Shown here piece after piece: positions 11,414-23,050 of a DNA stretch of 64,000 nucleotides. Both the position numbers and the translations under genes were made by a program. How positions within the stretch are numbered: the first letter of the stretch is position 1; every line of letters begins with the position of its first letter. This DNA is from Octopus sinensis (taxonomy: Eukaryota): positions 1 to 64,000 of the forward strand of contig NW_021832425.1 of the NCBI RefSeq assembly GCF_006345805.1, given 5' to 3'. A model generated the notes under the pieces. The model worked only from the letters and a program-made list of their open reading frames with translations, was not told the origin of the DNA and ran no database searches.

Positions 11414-12001
11414 TTATATTAGCACTGTCATAGGAACATAATGTAATTTAAACTAATTAAGTTCCCACATGTGCCACATATGAGACTATCTTTTCGGTCA
11501 TAATTTTCCATGATGTGCGGTTGTATGCTATACTCCTGAGAGTATCTAGGTCGTCTCCATTTTTCAGTTGTCTTTAACGTTCTTCTTCAGTCTTCCACTT
11601 TGTGGGGCGTAGACATTTATAATGCTGATTATTCGATCCGTGTTGGTCAAAGTTTTTTGTCTCAGTTGTAGTACACACATATGCGGTCGTTCACACGGTA
11701 GTATTTGTGAATTGAATTCCAAAAGGTCTTATGAATGCCAAACCCCTGCCCATAATGACGTGATTCTGATGGAAGGAGAATGATTCGATACTCGTTGTGT
11801 ATCTCATCTAGCCCGCCTTTGACCTTCGTTCTTCTTGAAGCATCCGATAGTTGCACCATATGCATTCAGATCCCGGCATAGGATTTTTCGCTTGGATAGG
11901 TCAGATAGTCCTCTGACATTGAATGATAGCAAAGTAAAATCTCTTTGTAGCCTCATATGTGATTAAGACTTTGTGCAATAGAGTTGCGTCACTAACTCAA
12001 C
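11414..12001 (-). mobile_element. Internally deleted (bipartite) RTE: 5'UTR + APE N-terminus fused to the C-terminus/3'UTR
   Basis: MRLQRDFTLLSFNVRGL...IINVYAPQ joined to GDDLDTLRSIAYNRTSW; 12-bp TSD caaatagacaaa (11402-11413 / 12002-12013). Confidence 0.85.
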
Positions 12002-12282
12002 CAAATAGACAAAATTTTCGAATAAAAATACATTTTCTGCGTATTTTTTTTATTTGAAGCATTTTGAATTTTTCTTATTTGAACAAAATAGCAATTCATA
12101 AATTAAAATATTATTTTTAGTTAGGAAATCGATTTTAAAGCACAGACTAGTTGGCATTAATTTTAAATTTTATCATCGCAAATATTGGCATCCAATTCCA
12201 TTTTAAGTATTTGTCATTTTATAATATTTATTTTGACAAAGTCGATTTTGAAATTTAAATTTGATTAATACAAAAATAAAGT

Positions 12283-12860
12283 CAACAAACTAATAAATTC
12301 TCCCAGCGAGACGGAGGGAACAGCTGTTGCCACGCATGACAGCCAGCAGGATCCTCTGAATGAGGAAAGTAAATTCCCTAGGGTCCTTGGACCGCGAAGA
12401 ACAAAGATGTCCCAATTTCTTTAGGGAAGTGAGGGTCCCGGAGCCAAAGACGCCGGAAGTCTCGACAACGATTGGCCAAAACCAAAAGTCATCCATCAAA
12501 GACTGATATTTCCGGCACTTCGAAAGCTCAGCCTTATTAGCACGAGACCCAGCAAGAGAGGCCGATTCGTTGATGAAAGACTTTGAGAAGGTATCCACAC
12601 AAGTGGAATCCCAGACCAAAGGTCTCCCAGAATAAAACGAGAACAACGTAGAGCCGTCCGGCCTTTTCCCGTCACCACGGTCGAGACCCTTAGGCTCAAG
12701 GACAGAAGGGTAGCCGGCCTTTTCGAGTGAGTCGAGAATGATTCTGTTAATCGCCGAATGGCGTGGAATACGACCCGCGCTTTTCTTGCAGGAGAGGGCA
12801 TGGAGCCCGTATACGTCCATAGTAGATCCGCACCGGCAGGGGTGGGGGGAATTGAATTCA
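12283..12860 (-). mobile_element. CRE-like 3' fragment (RLE endonuclease)
   Basis: HALSC..SAGR..RH and RPDG..WDSTC..PIVVETSG motifs; nearly identical to about 62200-62770. Confidence 0.9.
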
Positions 12861-13324
12861 AATATTTTTTGAATTTTTTTCTAAGTCCATAAGTGTAACG
12901 ACCTAGTCTCGGTAACACCTAGGCTCGTGACATATTATGTCTCCGGTTTTTGAGCGGACCCGGAATTATAAAAGTAATATTCTTTTTAAAAATAATTAAT
13001 AAATATGTATTCCCTCTCTCCTCAGACAATAGGAAGCCTTCATCTTAATGTCCTTGAGGAATTCAAGAACCATTCGCTCGCTTTTATGCACCACATCTCT
13101 TACCTTCCTTCCGGTCTTAGCGTGGCGTTATGGGGTCCACCATGTCATTTGGAAAATTCCAATCGGATATGGCAACGCTCAGGAGGCACTTAATGCCTAC
13201 CGAAAAAGGACTTCTAGATCTCAGACCCTGGAACATCGTCGTCTCAGGCCGATCATGCGGGCAGGATCGAACCTTTCAGTAGGATCTCCCTCGTTTGGAT
13301 CGGCGATTACGGGGATTATTATAA

Positions 13325-16300
13325 TTAAGTCACAAATTTCTTTTTTGGGAATAAGATGGGTAATCCCTGTGTAGAACCACTCACCAGGTGAGTACTTTCC
13401 ATATATGATATCCGCGACTTTCTTACAGAGGTCATCGTGGACCGTAGTAAACTTTTTCAAGAAAAAATCGTATACGTCATCGCATCCACAGGCCCTCCAA
13501 TTTGGCAGCTGATCTCAATAATGGTGTCTTTTCCAAAATCAGCAGTTGTGTCCTCGGCACCAGTCAACCGGTTATCCAATAAAATCGAGTCCCCAACGGG
13601 CTCATGTTTTACCCAAACACTCTCCCAGAATGAGAGACACTGACTCTGAGCAAACATAAATTGTGTATTTTTCTTTTTCTCAGTCAAGTTTCTATAAAAC
13701 TGCCTTCGGTTAAGTTAAAAACACATATTGTCCCTCCAGAATTTTTTCCTTGTTTCATTGGTTGCCAATTTTTTTGCAACAATCCTCACCTCATCCTGGA
13801 TGCAGGTGACAATTCTGAATAAATCTCCTTTTTTGGTCTTCCGGTATCCATATTTGCTCAAAATGTCTCTCAATTCGTCGCTGAATGATTTTCTCGTTTT
13901 GTCATTATTAGTTAGTGGTGCTACCAACTCGAGTTCCTTCCTAAGTTTGTCAAGCTTCGCGTTCATAATTCCAATCCATTCACTTTTTTTAATGAGTCAA
14001 TGCATCATATGCTCGTTGGCCAGCATAGAGGATGTCGGCAATCTCATTGAGATTAGCCGGTTTATTTGCTCTCATAAATTCCTCTTAGTGGTCTGAAACT
14101 TTTAATTGAACGCCCTTGTTATATGAGGCCATCCACCGTGAGGAATCCTTCCAAATCTTTGTCTGGCAGAATGAACCACTTCTGTGGCCCACTGAATCTT
14201 GTAGGAACTTTAAATTTGACAATGTAGAAAATTACTTTATAAGTTTTTATAAAAAATTCTATCCGACAATCAACTTGGTACGAGGAGACAGTGTCAGGGT
14301 GCTAAAGAACAGGCCCTTATTAACCAATGCCTAAATAAAGAGTATGGAAATGAGCTATACTCTGCATAGATTGATATCAAGAAGGCTTTCGATTCTGTTG
14401 ACCACGACTTTCTATTTCATGTGTTGGAGTGCTCTGGGATACCTTTATGGATTGTTAACTTTGTGAAAAGGACTGTACGAATGTGGACTGTAAAGCTCCA
14501 TGTTGACGGAAGGAGAATTGGTTCTGTAAAGTTGAGCCGAGGGATTTTACAAGGAGACTCATTATCCCCGCAACTGTTTGTTATGGTGATGGACCCACTA
14601 AGCAGGATTCTTAATGCCATGTTTCCAAAGGTTCAGATTAATCAACAGGACCCAAATATGTTGACCTATTCTACTAATCATTTGTTCTTCATTGTCGACC
14701 TAAAGATATTCGCTCTTAAAGAAGATGTAGTAATTAAAATGATGGAAGCTGTTGATGGATTCTTTAAAACTGTTGGCTTGGAGATGAATTCAGAAAAGTC
14801 AGCATCAAATGTCAAATCTTTATCTTGTTGTGAGACTTTGGAAGGAGTCAAAGGATATCGCTACTTGGGTGTACTGGAAGATGCAGGAAGTAATGTTCTT
14901 AAGAGTAAAGTAATGGATTCTATCCTTGGAAATGTAAAGGAAAGGATAACCATGCTTTCCAAGACGAAATTAATTTATTCCACGCTATAAATGAATATTC
15001 CATTTCTCTATATAATTATTACATCGGACTCATTAATATTGAACCTCATAAATTTGATTGTATTGATCGTCAAGTACGACAACTTCTTACGACTCTTAGA
15101 CTCCATCTCAAACCTGCAAATAAAGAGAGGTTATATTTAAATCGGAAATCTTTTGGGAGAGGACTTGCTTCAGTTTCTTTCAGAAGTAAACTGATACTCT
15201 TCCAGTTCATGAAAAGTTTAGAAAGACAGTCGACAGTATGCTTACAAAGATCGGGAATCCTGCGTGTGATACAAACAAATAAATGGCATATGGCCACAAT
15301 TGCAGGATTTCTCGCCTCCAAGTATGCAATTCTCGACATGGAGAATTTGGGTGTTGAGTTTATCAAAGATGCTCAAAGAAAATATTTGCTTAAGAACATC
15401 AATTGTAAAATGCTACATTCGGTTCTATTCAAATGCATGGACGAACAAAATGTTGATCTAGCCACATCCTTAGAGTGGTTATCTAAAGGAAATAATGGTC
15501 CACGGAGTGAAGCATTGTACTGTCTCTTGCAGGATAGGAATTTGTTCTTCACATCCATGGGATCTTTATGCAGTCACTGCAAAAAATGCAAGAAAACAAT
15601 TGATCATTTGGCTACGCAGTGTGGGAAAATTTTAAACAGTGATTATCTGCGGAGACACAATGAAGTTGTAAAGTGCATTCACCTTCATTTGTGTCGAACC
15701 TACGGTATTAAGAGAGAAAGCAAATTAAAGACTCATTCTGTTCAGTCCATAATATCGACGCAGAATGTTGAAATCAGAGTCGATATGTCAATCATGACGG
15801 AATCTAAAGTTCAATCCAACAAACCAGATATCTTCGTGTATGACAAAACCAAACAAGAGATAACCTTAATCGAAGTTGGCATCACGTCACAAGATCGCCT
15901 CAAACAAGTCTAAATCGAGAAATTTCATAAATATGATCTGCTCGCAAACGAACTTTCGATACTTTATGATGCAAAGGTAAAGATTATCCCGGTTGTCTTG
16001 ACGTGGGACGGTGTTGTTTCGAGATACTTCAAAAACTATATGGACAAATTATCGATCGAAAAAGCCACAAGAACTTATATTCAATCTGTTGTTTTAAAAA
16101 GGACTCTAGAAAGCATGTTAGTTGAACACAGACATGGAGTGAGAGTATCTGCCGAAGAATACGCCTCTGCTGCTTACCAGCTTGCAGAAGTGGCATGCTG
16201 CCGTGACACGCCGGTGAAAGATATGAGACAAATAGAAAATCTATCTGGCTGGGAGATGAAGAGTGAGGAGGAACTGGTTGCAAGCTCTTCTCCTAAAAGG

Positions 16301-16352
16301 AGGAGAGAGATTCCAATGATCGGGACTGAGAATCTAAATTAAATAGTCTAGC
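13325..16352 (+). mobile_element. R4/HERO-like RT-RLE non-LTR retrotransposon with inverted 5' half
   Basis: Minus strand about 14208-13330 encodes the N-terminal region to YTGITHLIPKK. Plus strand about 14210-16342 encodes NQLGTRR, IDIKKAFDSV, GILQGDSLSP, a CCHC finger, KPDIFVYD and LIEVGIT, with stops and frameshifts. Confidence 0.85.
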
Positions 16353-16439
16353 TTAAGTTAAATTTCTCAGGCTTTGCGCTATATCCAACTTTGTGGTTGC
16401 CCTACTAATGACACACCCGCCGCGCCCCTACAGAAAATG

Positions 16440-16765
16440 TGCGGGAACAAGGAAAGAACGTCAGGAAAATATGAGGACCGAGGAAATAACTTTTTTAGTA
16501 ATTGTTTTTATTTCTATCACCAGATCTTTAGCGGATTTTGCACAATTAGCTTCAGAAAGTTCGACCAATATTTTGACTTCGTTTTTGTCAAGTAATGTTG
16601 GTAATCCAGATCCACCTTTTCTAAAAATGGTCCCTTCGGTAATGTATTTCCGAACAGCATAAAATACAGTGATTTTGAAAAAGCAAGGATATCAGAAATT
16701 CTTCTATAGGAAATATTTTCTTTATAGTAGAATATAATTTGTCCCTTAAAAATAGAATCCATTAG
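16440..16765 (-). pseudogene. Tc1 transposase N-terminal (HTH) fragment
   Basis: ISYRRISDILAFSKSTV...RKGGSGLPTLL (frameshifted). Confidence 0.65.
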
Positions 16766-17019
16766 TATTTTATAAAATAAGTAAAAAAATGACTCTTAAC
16801 TATAATAACGAGAAACAGAGGGACTTGAAGCGATTAAAAAAACGCATCCAGGAGAGGGTGGCACAAGCGAGATAACTTTACTAACGTTATTTTTCGGTTT
16901 GCTTATTAATAATAACAAAAATGACTATTTATTACATGTCCGGATTTTTTTACTAAAGGTGCAGATAGATTAAATAACCACAGCTTGAACAACGTCGACA
17001 AAAGGTTCTAAATGCCCAG

Positions 17020-17330
17020 GCTTTCGTTCGGTTCTAAAGTCCACTAATCTGGATCTTGCAGACGGCAAGCGTCTGGATGGAATGACGGTCTTTCCATTCA
17101 AAAAAGGAAAGAATCTTGTATTAGGCATAAGCTATACCGACAGATTTGCTCCAAGAGCTTGATTCAATCTGGTTCGTGTTCTGGCTTAAGGGGGGCAGGA
17201 GAAACCAAACGGAAAAGTACGCGTCCATTACTGAAACATAGAACTTTGTCCAGATTGCGGTGAAGATGAGAGGTGTGATTGAGCGGAATAGGAAGAGGAT
17301 TCTGTCTATAATTATATAAAAGATATGAAA
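17020..17330 (+). pseudogene. Degenerate CRE-like RLE fragment
   Basis: LDLADGKRLDGMTVFPFKKGKNLV. Confidence 0.7.
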
Positions 17331-17463
17331 GAAAACGATTGACCATCGAAAATAACCTAGGTGTAGCAGAGAATATCCGAAGCATTTTTGGCAAGTAAAT
17401 GGTTAGTATTGCGGGACAGCCAATGGCGAATTCGAATTTCTATATGTCGAAATGTGGAAAAAA

Positions 17464-17536
17464 TGCCTCGAGTGGGGGTCGAACCCACGACCTTAGGATT
17501 ATGAGACCTACGCGCTAGCCACTGCGCCACCGAGGC
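17464..17536 (-). tRNA. tRNA-Met: tRNA-Met (CAT), elongator type
   Basis: GCCTCGGTGGCGCAGTGGCTAGCGCGTAGGTCTCATAATCCTAAGGTCGTGGGTTCGACCCCCACTCGAGGCA folds as a cloverleaf. It has the T31:T39 pair typical of eukaryotic elongator Met and is followed by an oligo-T Pol III terminator. Confidence 0.97.
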
Positions 17537-18299
17537 TCCTTTTTTCTTTACTAATTTTTTGTCCATGTGGTCTTGATCTTTTTTATTTTAAATTGTGTAT
17601 AAGCCATTTAATATTTTTGAATATCTGTTCGATTACGATTATAACGATTTTTTATACGCCTCTGTTATGTTTAACTTAAGTTCAATATCCTAATGACGGT
17701 GGTTAGAATATCCGTGACATACCAAGCCCCTGGGCCTACATAACTTGGGTTATTCTGTCAAATAGTAAGAGATTCTGACATTTTTGTAGAACTGCGCTAA
17801 AACCTATATTACAAATTTTTTGGTCTCCAAATTATTTACATCTAGCTTATCGAGTAAGCAAGCTTTCATATACCAAGATTCTACATTTGTCGCAGATTTT
17901 TCTCTGTTTTTTTTCAACCCAGCTAGGTCAAAAAACTATTCAAATTCGCTGAATAATAAGAATAAAACATTTTATTTTATTATAAAAAAATAAAAATTAA
18001 TAAGAATAATAAGAAAAGAAGGAGAATCAGCTTGAGAATTGATACTGTATGGCATTTATTTTTGGTTAAAACTGATTTTTATCATCTGAAATATCCAGAG
18101 TTATCCACTTTCTGGTAATCACTAACATAATAATCGTGAAAAATCGATTTTTATAGAACAATAAAAAATAATCGACGGTAAAACAATTGGAATTTAGTGA
18201 AATAAGTGTCGGTTCAAAAATTTTACTAAAATAACAACTTTAAAATATAAAATAACAAATAATAAATAAGATGGCAATCAGATCATAATCGATATTATA

Positions 18300-18450
18300 C
18301 ATTGAAAAAGTCTCTCCTCTCCAGTTTAAGTTTTAAATCACTTTTCTGATCTCTTTCAAGAGTACCTTTGCCATCTCATCAAGAACACCACTCGTTTCAA
18401 ACTCAAGTGGAACGAATTCCACACTGTACGGAAAGAGCCGTACTTCACTT
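18300..18450 (-). pseudogene. Degenerate CRE-like 3' fragment
   Basis: VEFVPLEFETSGVLDEMAKVLLKEI. Confidence 0.6.
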
Positions 18451-19454
18451 GCTTTTAAGAGTTAGACAGAAAACAGATATGTTCAAAGCGTCGCGACAAA
18501 AGGAGAATAATCAAAGAATTATCTGGTGATCAAAATAACAATTTTACAAAGAAAAATTTAATGTAATACACAGTAATATCAATTTTTTGTAGAATAAATA
18601 TAAGATGAAAAAATCAACAATTTTTTGTTAAAAATAAAAATAAAAGCTCCATATACCAAATATAATATTAAATAAAAAAATAATAAAAGTAGGACTAGCT
18701 AGCACGATGTTTAATTATTAATGCGGATCAAAACATAACAAAATAAAACCCCAAAACCAAAATTTAATATTTTCAAATTTGGTTACGGAAATTTGATAAA
18801 AATAATTAAATATTGTGCTATCAGATATATTCAAAATACAAATATTAAAAAGTATATGTGAGTTGATTCAAAATAGAATAGAAAATAATAACTAGCCGAT
18901 ATTTTGTTCATTAACCAAAAGTATTCAAATAAATTTATTACAAATACGTTCAGCCATTTAAAAATTATTTTATAAATTTAGAGCTTTTAGTAATAGTTAG
19001 CATTTTATAAAATGAAAAATTTTCTTGCTTTTTAAAATTTTTAATCCTCGATAAAATGTTTATTTGATTGATATATTCTTACACTGAAATTTCACTGTAA
19101 CTAAAAATCTAAGCGAGTTAATTAACTCCAACTTCTCTTAGGAAGCCAGCAGCTATAATGAAACGGGCAGCCAGCCTCAAGAAATCCCGAGGATCTCAGT
19201 CGGAAGATGAAGACGGCGGGTCTGGAAAGAGACAGAGTTAGCTGACGTCATAAACCACAGTTTGAAAGTTTGGAGTTTCATTCTGCTAATATGGCACTAA
19301 TAATTTCATCCCATGGGATGAAAAATTATGAAAAACTTTGACTGCTAGTAGAGATGGTCAAAGGACATGATATGAGACAACTAGTGATAATCCAAAAACT
19401 TACATTTTGCAATTATAGGAATCCAAAACTTAAAAAAGCAAATGCTAATATTTT

Positions 19455-20800
19455 ATACGACGCCTCCATTGGAGGCCCGGCCGATAGTGTTGTAAATGAC
19501 CTAAACAATGTGGCTCCGATACTGGCTTCTATAGGCCTTACCGTGAACCCACAAAAATCAGAGATTTTCAATATTGGATACGACCATGCACTCTTTACTC
19601 TGGAAATCCAGCCCCTGTTCGACCTTCATCTCCCAGCCATACGCACCGTTCTGCCCGAAGAACTTACTCTTCTCGGTACGCCTCTATTCTCGTCCGGAAT
19701 CCCATCTTTCCTCCGCGCTAAACTTCTTAATATGGAAAAATCATTCGACACTCTTAAATCCATCGACGCCCATGTGGCTTTCTTTCTACTGAAGAACTTT
19801 CTTGCCTTTCCTCGTTTGGAGTACGCACTTCGCACTTCTCCCTGTTTCCGATTCCCGGATGCAGTCGGAGAATTCGATTCGCTGCTCAGGAATACTCTCG
19901 TTCAAATCTCAAACGTACATTTTGACGAAATGGGCTGGAAACAGGCTATCCTGCCTATCAGGCACGGGGGTCTCGATTCCAAGCCCCCTCTGTCCTCTCC
20001 TTGCCATGCTTTCTTTCTTCCTCTCACCGATGCATGCCTCTCGTAGTCCAGATCCTTCCTCCTCCCTCTGGATCGCTCACGGACTCAGAGCTTTCATACG
20101 GCACATTGTTGTGGACAGATTGCGGTCTAAATACTCCCGTTGACCTATGCCTTATCCGCGAGTGGACGGAGATCAGCAGCTCTCAGTCTTTCCGGTACTT
20201 ACTGTCTCACGGAGACCAACACCGGCGTGCTTGTCTGTTGTCTGGAGCATCTCCAAAATGCTAACTATTACTACACCCGCTCTCCTGCCGCAAATGCCCT
20301 GGGAGGTTCCCCAGGCACGGACAACTTAATTCCATAATAAAGCGTCTGCTCGAGGCAACCGGCATCCCGTGCCAGCTGGAGCCCTCTGGCCTTAACAGGG
20401 GCGATGGCAAGAGGCTGGACGGCGTCTCGCTCTTCCCGTTCAAGTGCGGCAAAGCGATCGTCTGGGACGCGACATGCTCTGACACTTTTGCGTCAACATG
20501 CCTTCTCGCGTCCGCGATCGAAGCTGGCACAGCGGCGAGGAGGGCAGAGACCCGGAAGATAGACAAGTACGCCTCGCTCGCCGACAGATTCCTCTTTGTG
20601 CCTGTTTCAGTCGAAACATCAGGCACATTCGGCCCAGCCACGCTACGTTTTCTCACCGAGAGAGGCCGTCACCTCGGGAGGATCAGAAACGACCCTCGCG
20701 AGGTCAATCGGCTTTTTGAGCGCGTCTCAATAGCCGTACTCAGGGGGAACAGTTTCTCTATTCTCTCTGCGGCTAGTAGCTGACTTCCTTTTATTAAATA
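19455..20800 (+). mobile_element. 5'-truncated CRE-like element
   Basis: YDASIGG, FPRLEYALR, RPDGVSLFPF, WDATC and RVSIAVLRGN motifs across frameshifts. Confidence 0.9.
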
Positions 20801-20907
20801 ACTAACGTTTGATTAATTCATAAAAACAATTAAGAAGACTGTCTTTTCATGGGGTGAATCAAAATGTCGTATAAATGTCTGTTTTTATAAATCTATTGAT
20901 GTTAATA

Positions 20908-21880
20908 TGTGACATGGGCGGCTGGATACGCATGGGCAACCGGTTACATTTTTGACCTTGTAGATGTCAATTATTACTCATTGAATAACATCGATCGCAT
21001 CTTGCGAGGTAACTCGCTTGCAATCCGAGGTGCAGCCACTGCTGACACTTAATTAGCTATTTTGAAGAACTCTTACTTGAAAGAATAATGCATTTTAACA
21101 AAAAATATTAAAATTGATCATTTTTTTAGTCTTGCCATTGGTACCGTCCATATCTCTTTAGCATATTTTATCTATTAAATAAAAATGAATTTTCAATTGA
21201 GTCTAAATTTGAACAAATCTCTGAATTTTCAAAATGATTTTTAATATTTTTTAAAACATAATTTGATAATTATAACCTGCATCAACAGTGTTTATTTCGC
21301 TTATCCCTCGACATCTTTCGAAAGGACTCTGATTTGAAAATGAGTGTACAGCCTTGTTATAACAGTACACTGCTTTTTCGAGAATTTCCAGCCACTTTTT
21401 CATCTGTGTCTATCATTTTGGAAAGTTTTCGAGTGATGGTTTGATTAAAACGTTCTGCAATCCCCTGTGTACAGGGATTGTTTGGTCTTCCATGTATCTG
21501 AACTACATTGAACTCTTCGCATAGATCTCTCAGAGACACATTCTTTAATCTGAACCATTATCTGATTGCAAAATTTTGCAAGGTCCATATAGGTAGAAAA
21601 GTGATCTTAAGTTGTTGCATACTTCTTTTGAAGATTTATGAAAAAGTGGTCTGACAAATGCAAATCTGAATAAATTTGAGAGACCTACTACCAACCTACT
21701 ATAAAATCGATGAATATTAAAAAAATTTTTAATTATTATTTACGACTGAAAACATTTTTAGATCTACAAGATCTAGCTGAAACCTACATTCGAGAGAAGA
21801 AGCAAAAATATGATGATTCATATCACCAACCTACATTAAAAATTAAAAAGAATTAAAACTTTCAACGGACAGGCAAATTT
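20908..21880 (-). mobile_element. Ginger-like element with intron-containing integrase, decayed
   Basis: Terminus tgtgacatgggc at 20908. Motifs FQLDLVDLK, FAFVRP, GPCKILQSDNG, HGRPNNPCTQGIAERFNQT. GT-AG introns at 21859-21831 and 21695-21666. Confidence 0.75.
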
Positions 21881-21884
21881 ACAA

Positions 21885-23050
21885 CTCTAATGTTTCCTTT
21901 TTCTTATATGTTTAGTTTGTTTTTTTCCGATCATACTATTCAGAGTGCTGAATCCTCTTTCTACGTAGTATGATTTAGGAAAACAAAATATTATTGGCAT
22001 CATTTTTTCTCATGATTTTGGGAATTTCATTTTTAAAGATTTTTCTTCCCAGAATTTTGTCAGGTTTTCATTTTTGTAATTTTATTTTGAGTTTTTCGTT
22101 GTTTTTTATTTCTAGTAATTCTTCTTGAGATTCATCATCAGAATCTTTTATGAATTTTGCAGGAATTAAGCAATTTAAATTCTTCCTGAAATCTTAAAAA
22201 ATCAACAATAGCATCAAATAATATCAAAAATCTTTAAAGAAATTACCCTTGGATAACCATCTTACTTTGGTATGTAAAAGTAACCTAACATAATTTTCAT
22301 TTTGATTAGTGGGGTATTCACGAAAAATACGATCGTACTTCCTGTCTACTTTAAGTTCATTGATAACTTTGATAACAATTGCATTGATCCATTAAATTCT
22401 TCAAATAATTTTTGTGCAATTAATGATGCCAATGTAAAATACAATGAATTGAAGTAAAATATTATTTAAGAATAAATAAGATTCAAACATTTTGAATATT
22501 GAAAATACTGTAGTATCCATGATTAATGATTTTGCAAATGATAACTCTTCTTGCAAAATAAAATCATCATGTAAATATCTTTATAAAAAGTATTTATAAG
22601 AAGTAATAACTTACATATTCCATAAAAATTGAGTGGTTATCAACGAAAATTGATTTGTCATGTTGGACTGAAAACTGGCGTTTTCTGAGAAGTAAAACTA
22701 AGGATTGTTCAATTTCATTAAAAATTTCATCTAATCTTCTTCGTATAGTGTCCTAATTAATATGTAAAATATGTAATTAATATGTAAAAAAATTAGTGCC
22801 GCAAGCAAAAAACCAGGTTTTAAATACAGCCAGAACAAAAAAGGTGGAAAACGTTGTTTTATACCGCCAAATAATTAACTTTCTTAAGGTGTATTCTTCT
22901 TTAAGCATTCCTAGATAATTTCTCGCTCGTTGTGAAGTCAGCTAACTATTCAAAAGCTTGCAAAAAGCAAACCTGATCCTTTTTCAATTAGCATATCTTT
23001 CTTTCCAATACCAGTTATTAATTCTGCCTGTCTATTGGCATTTGTTTGGT
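21885..23050 (-). pseudogene. Decayed hAT (ZBED5/FAM200-like) transposase
   Basis: LLLHTKVRWLSKG at about 22250-22290 and SYYVERGFS at about 21950-21985. Confidence 0.7.

Larger units (their letters stand above)
10823..12932 (+). mobile_element. Non-autonomous Ginger-like element with nested retro-insertions
   Basis: TIRs of about 45 bp (tgtcacgagcctagg...), TGT..ACA termini, 5-bp TSD tatta (10818-10822 / 12933-12937). Integrase C-terminal remnant FKIGDKV...EILPHNMVRV...RIKKF at about 11104-11325. Confidence 0.85.
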
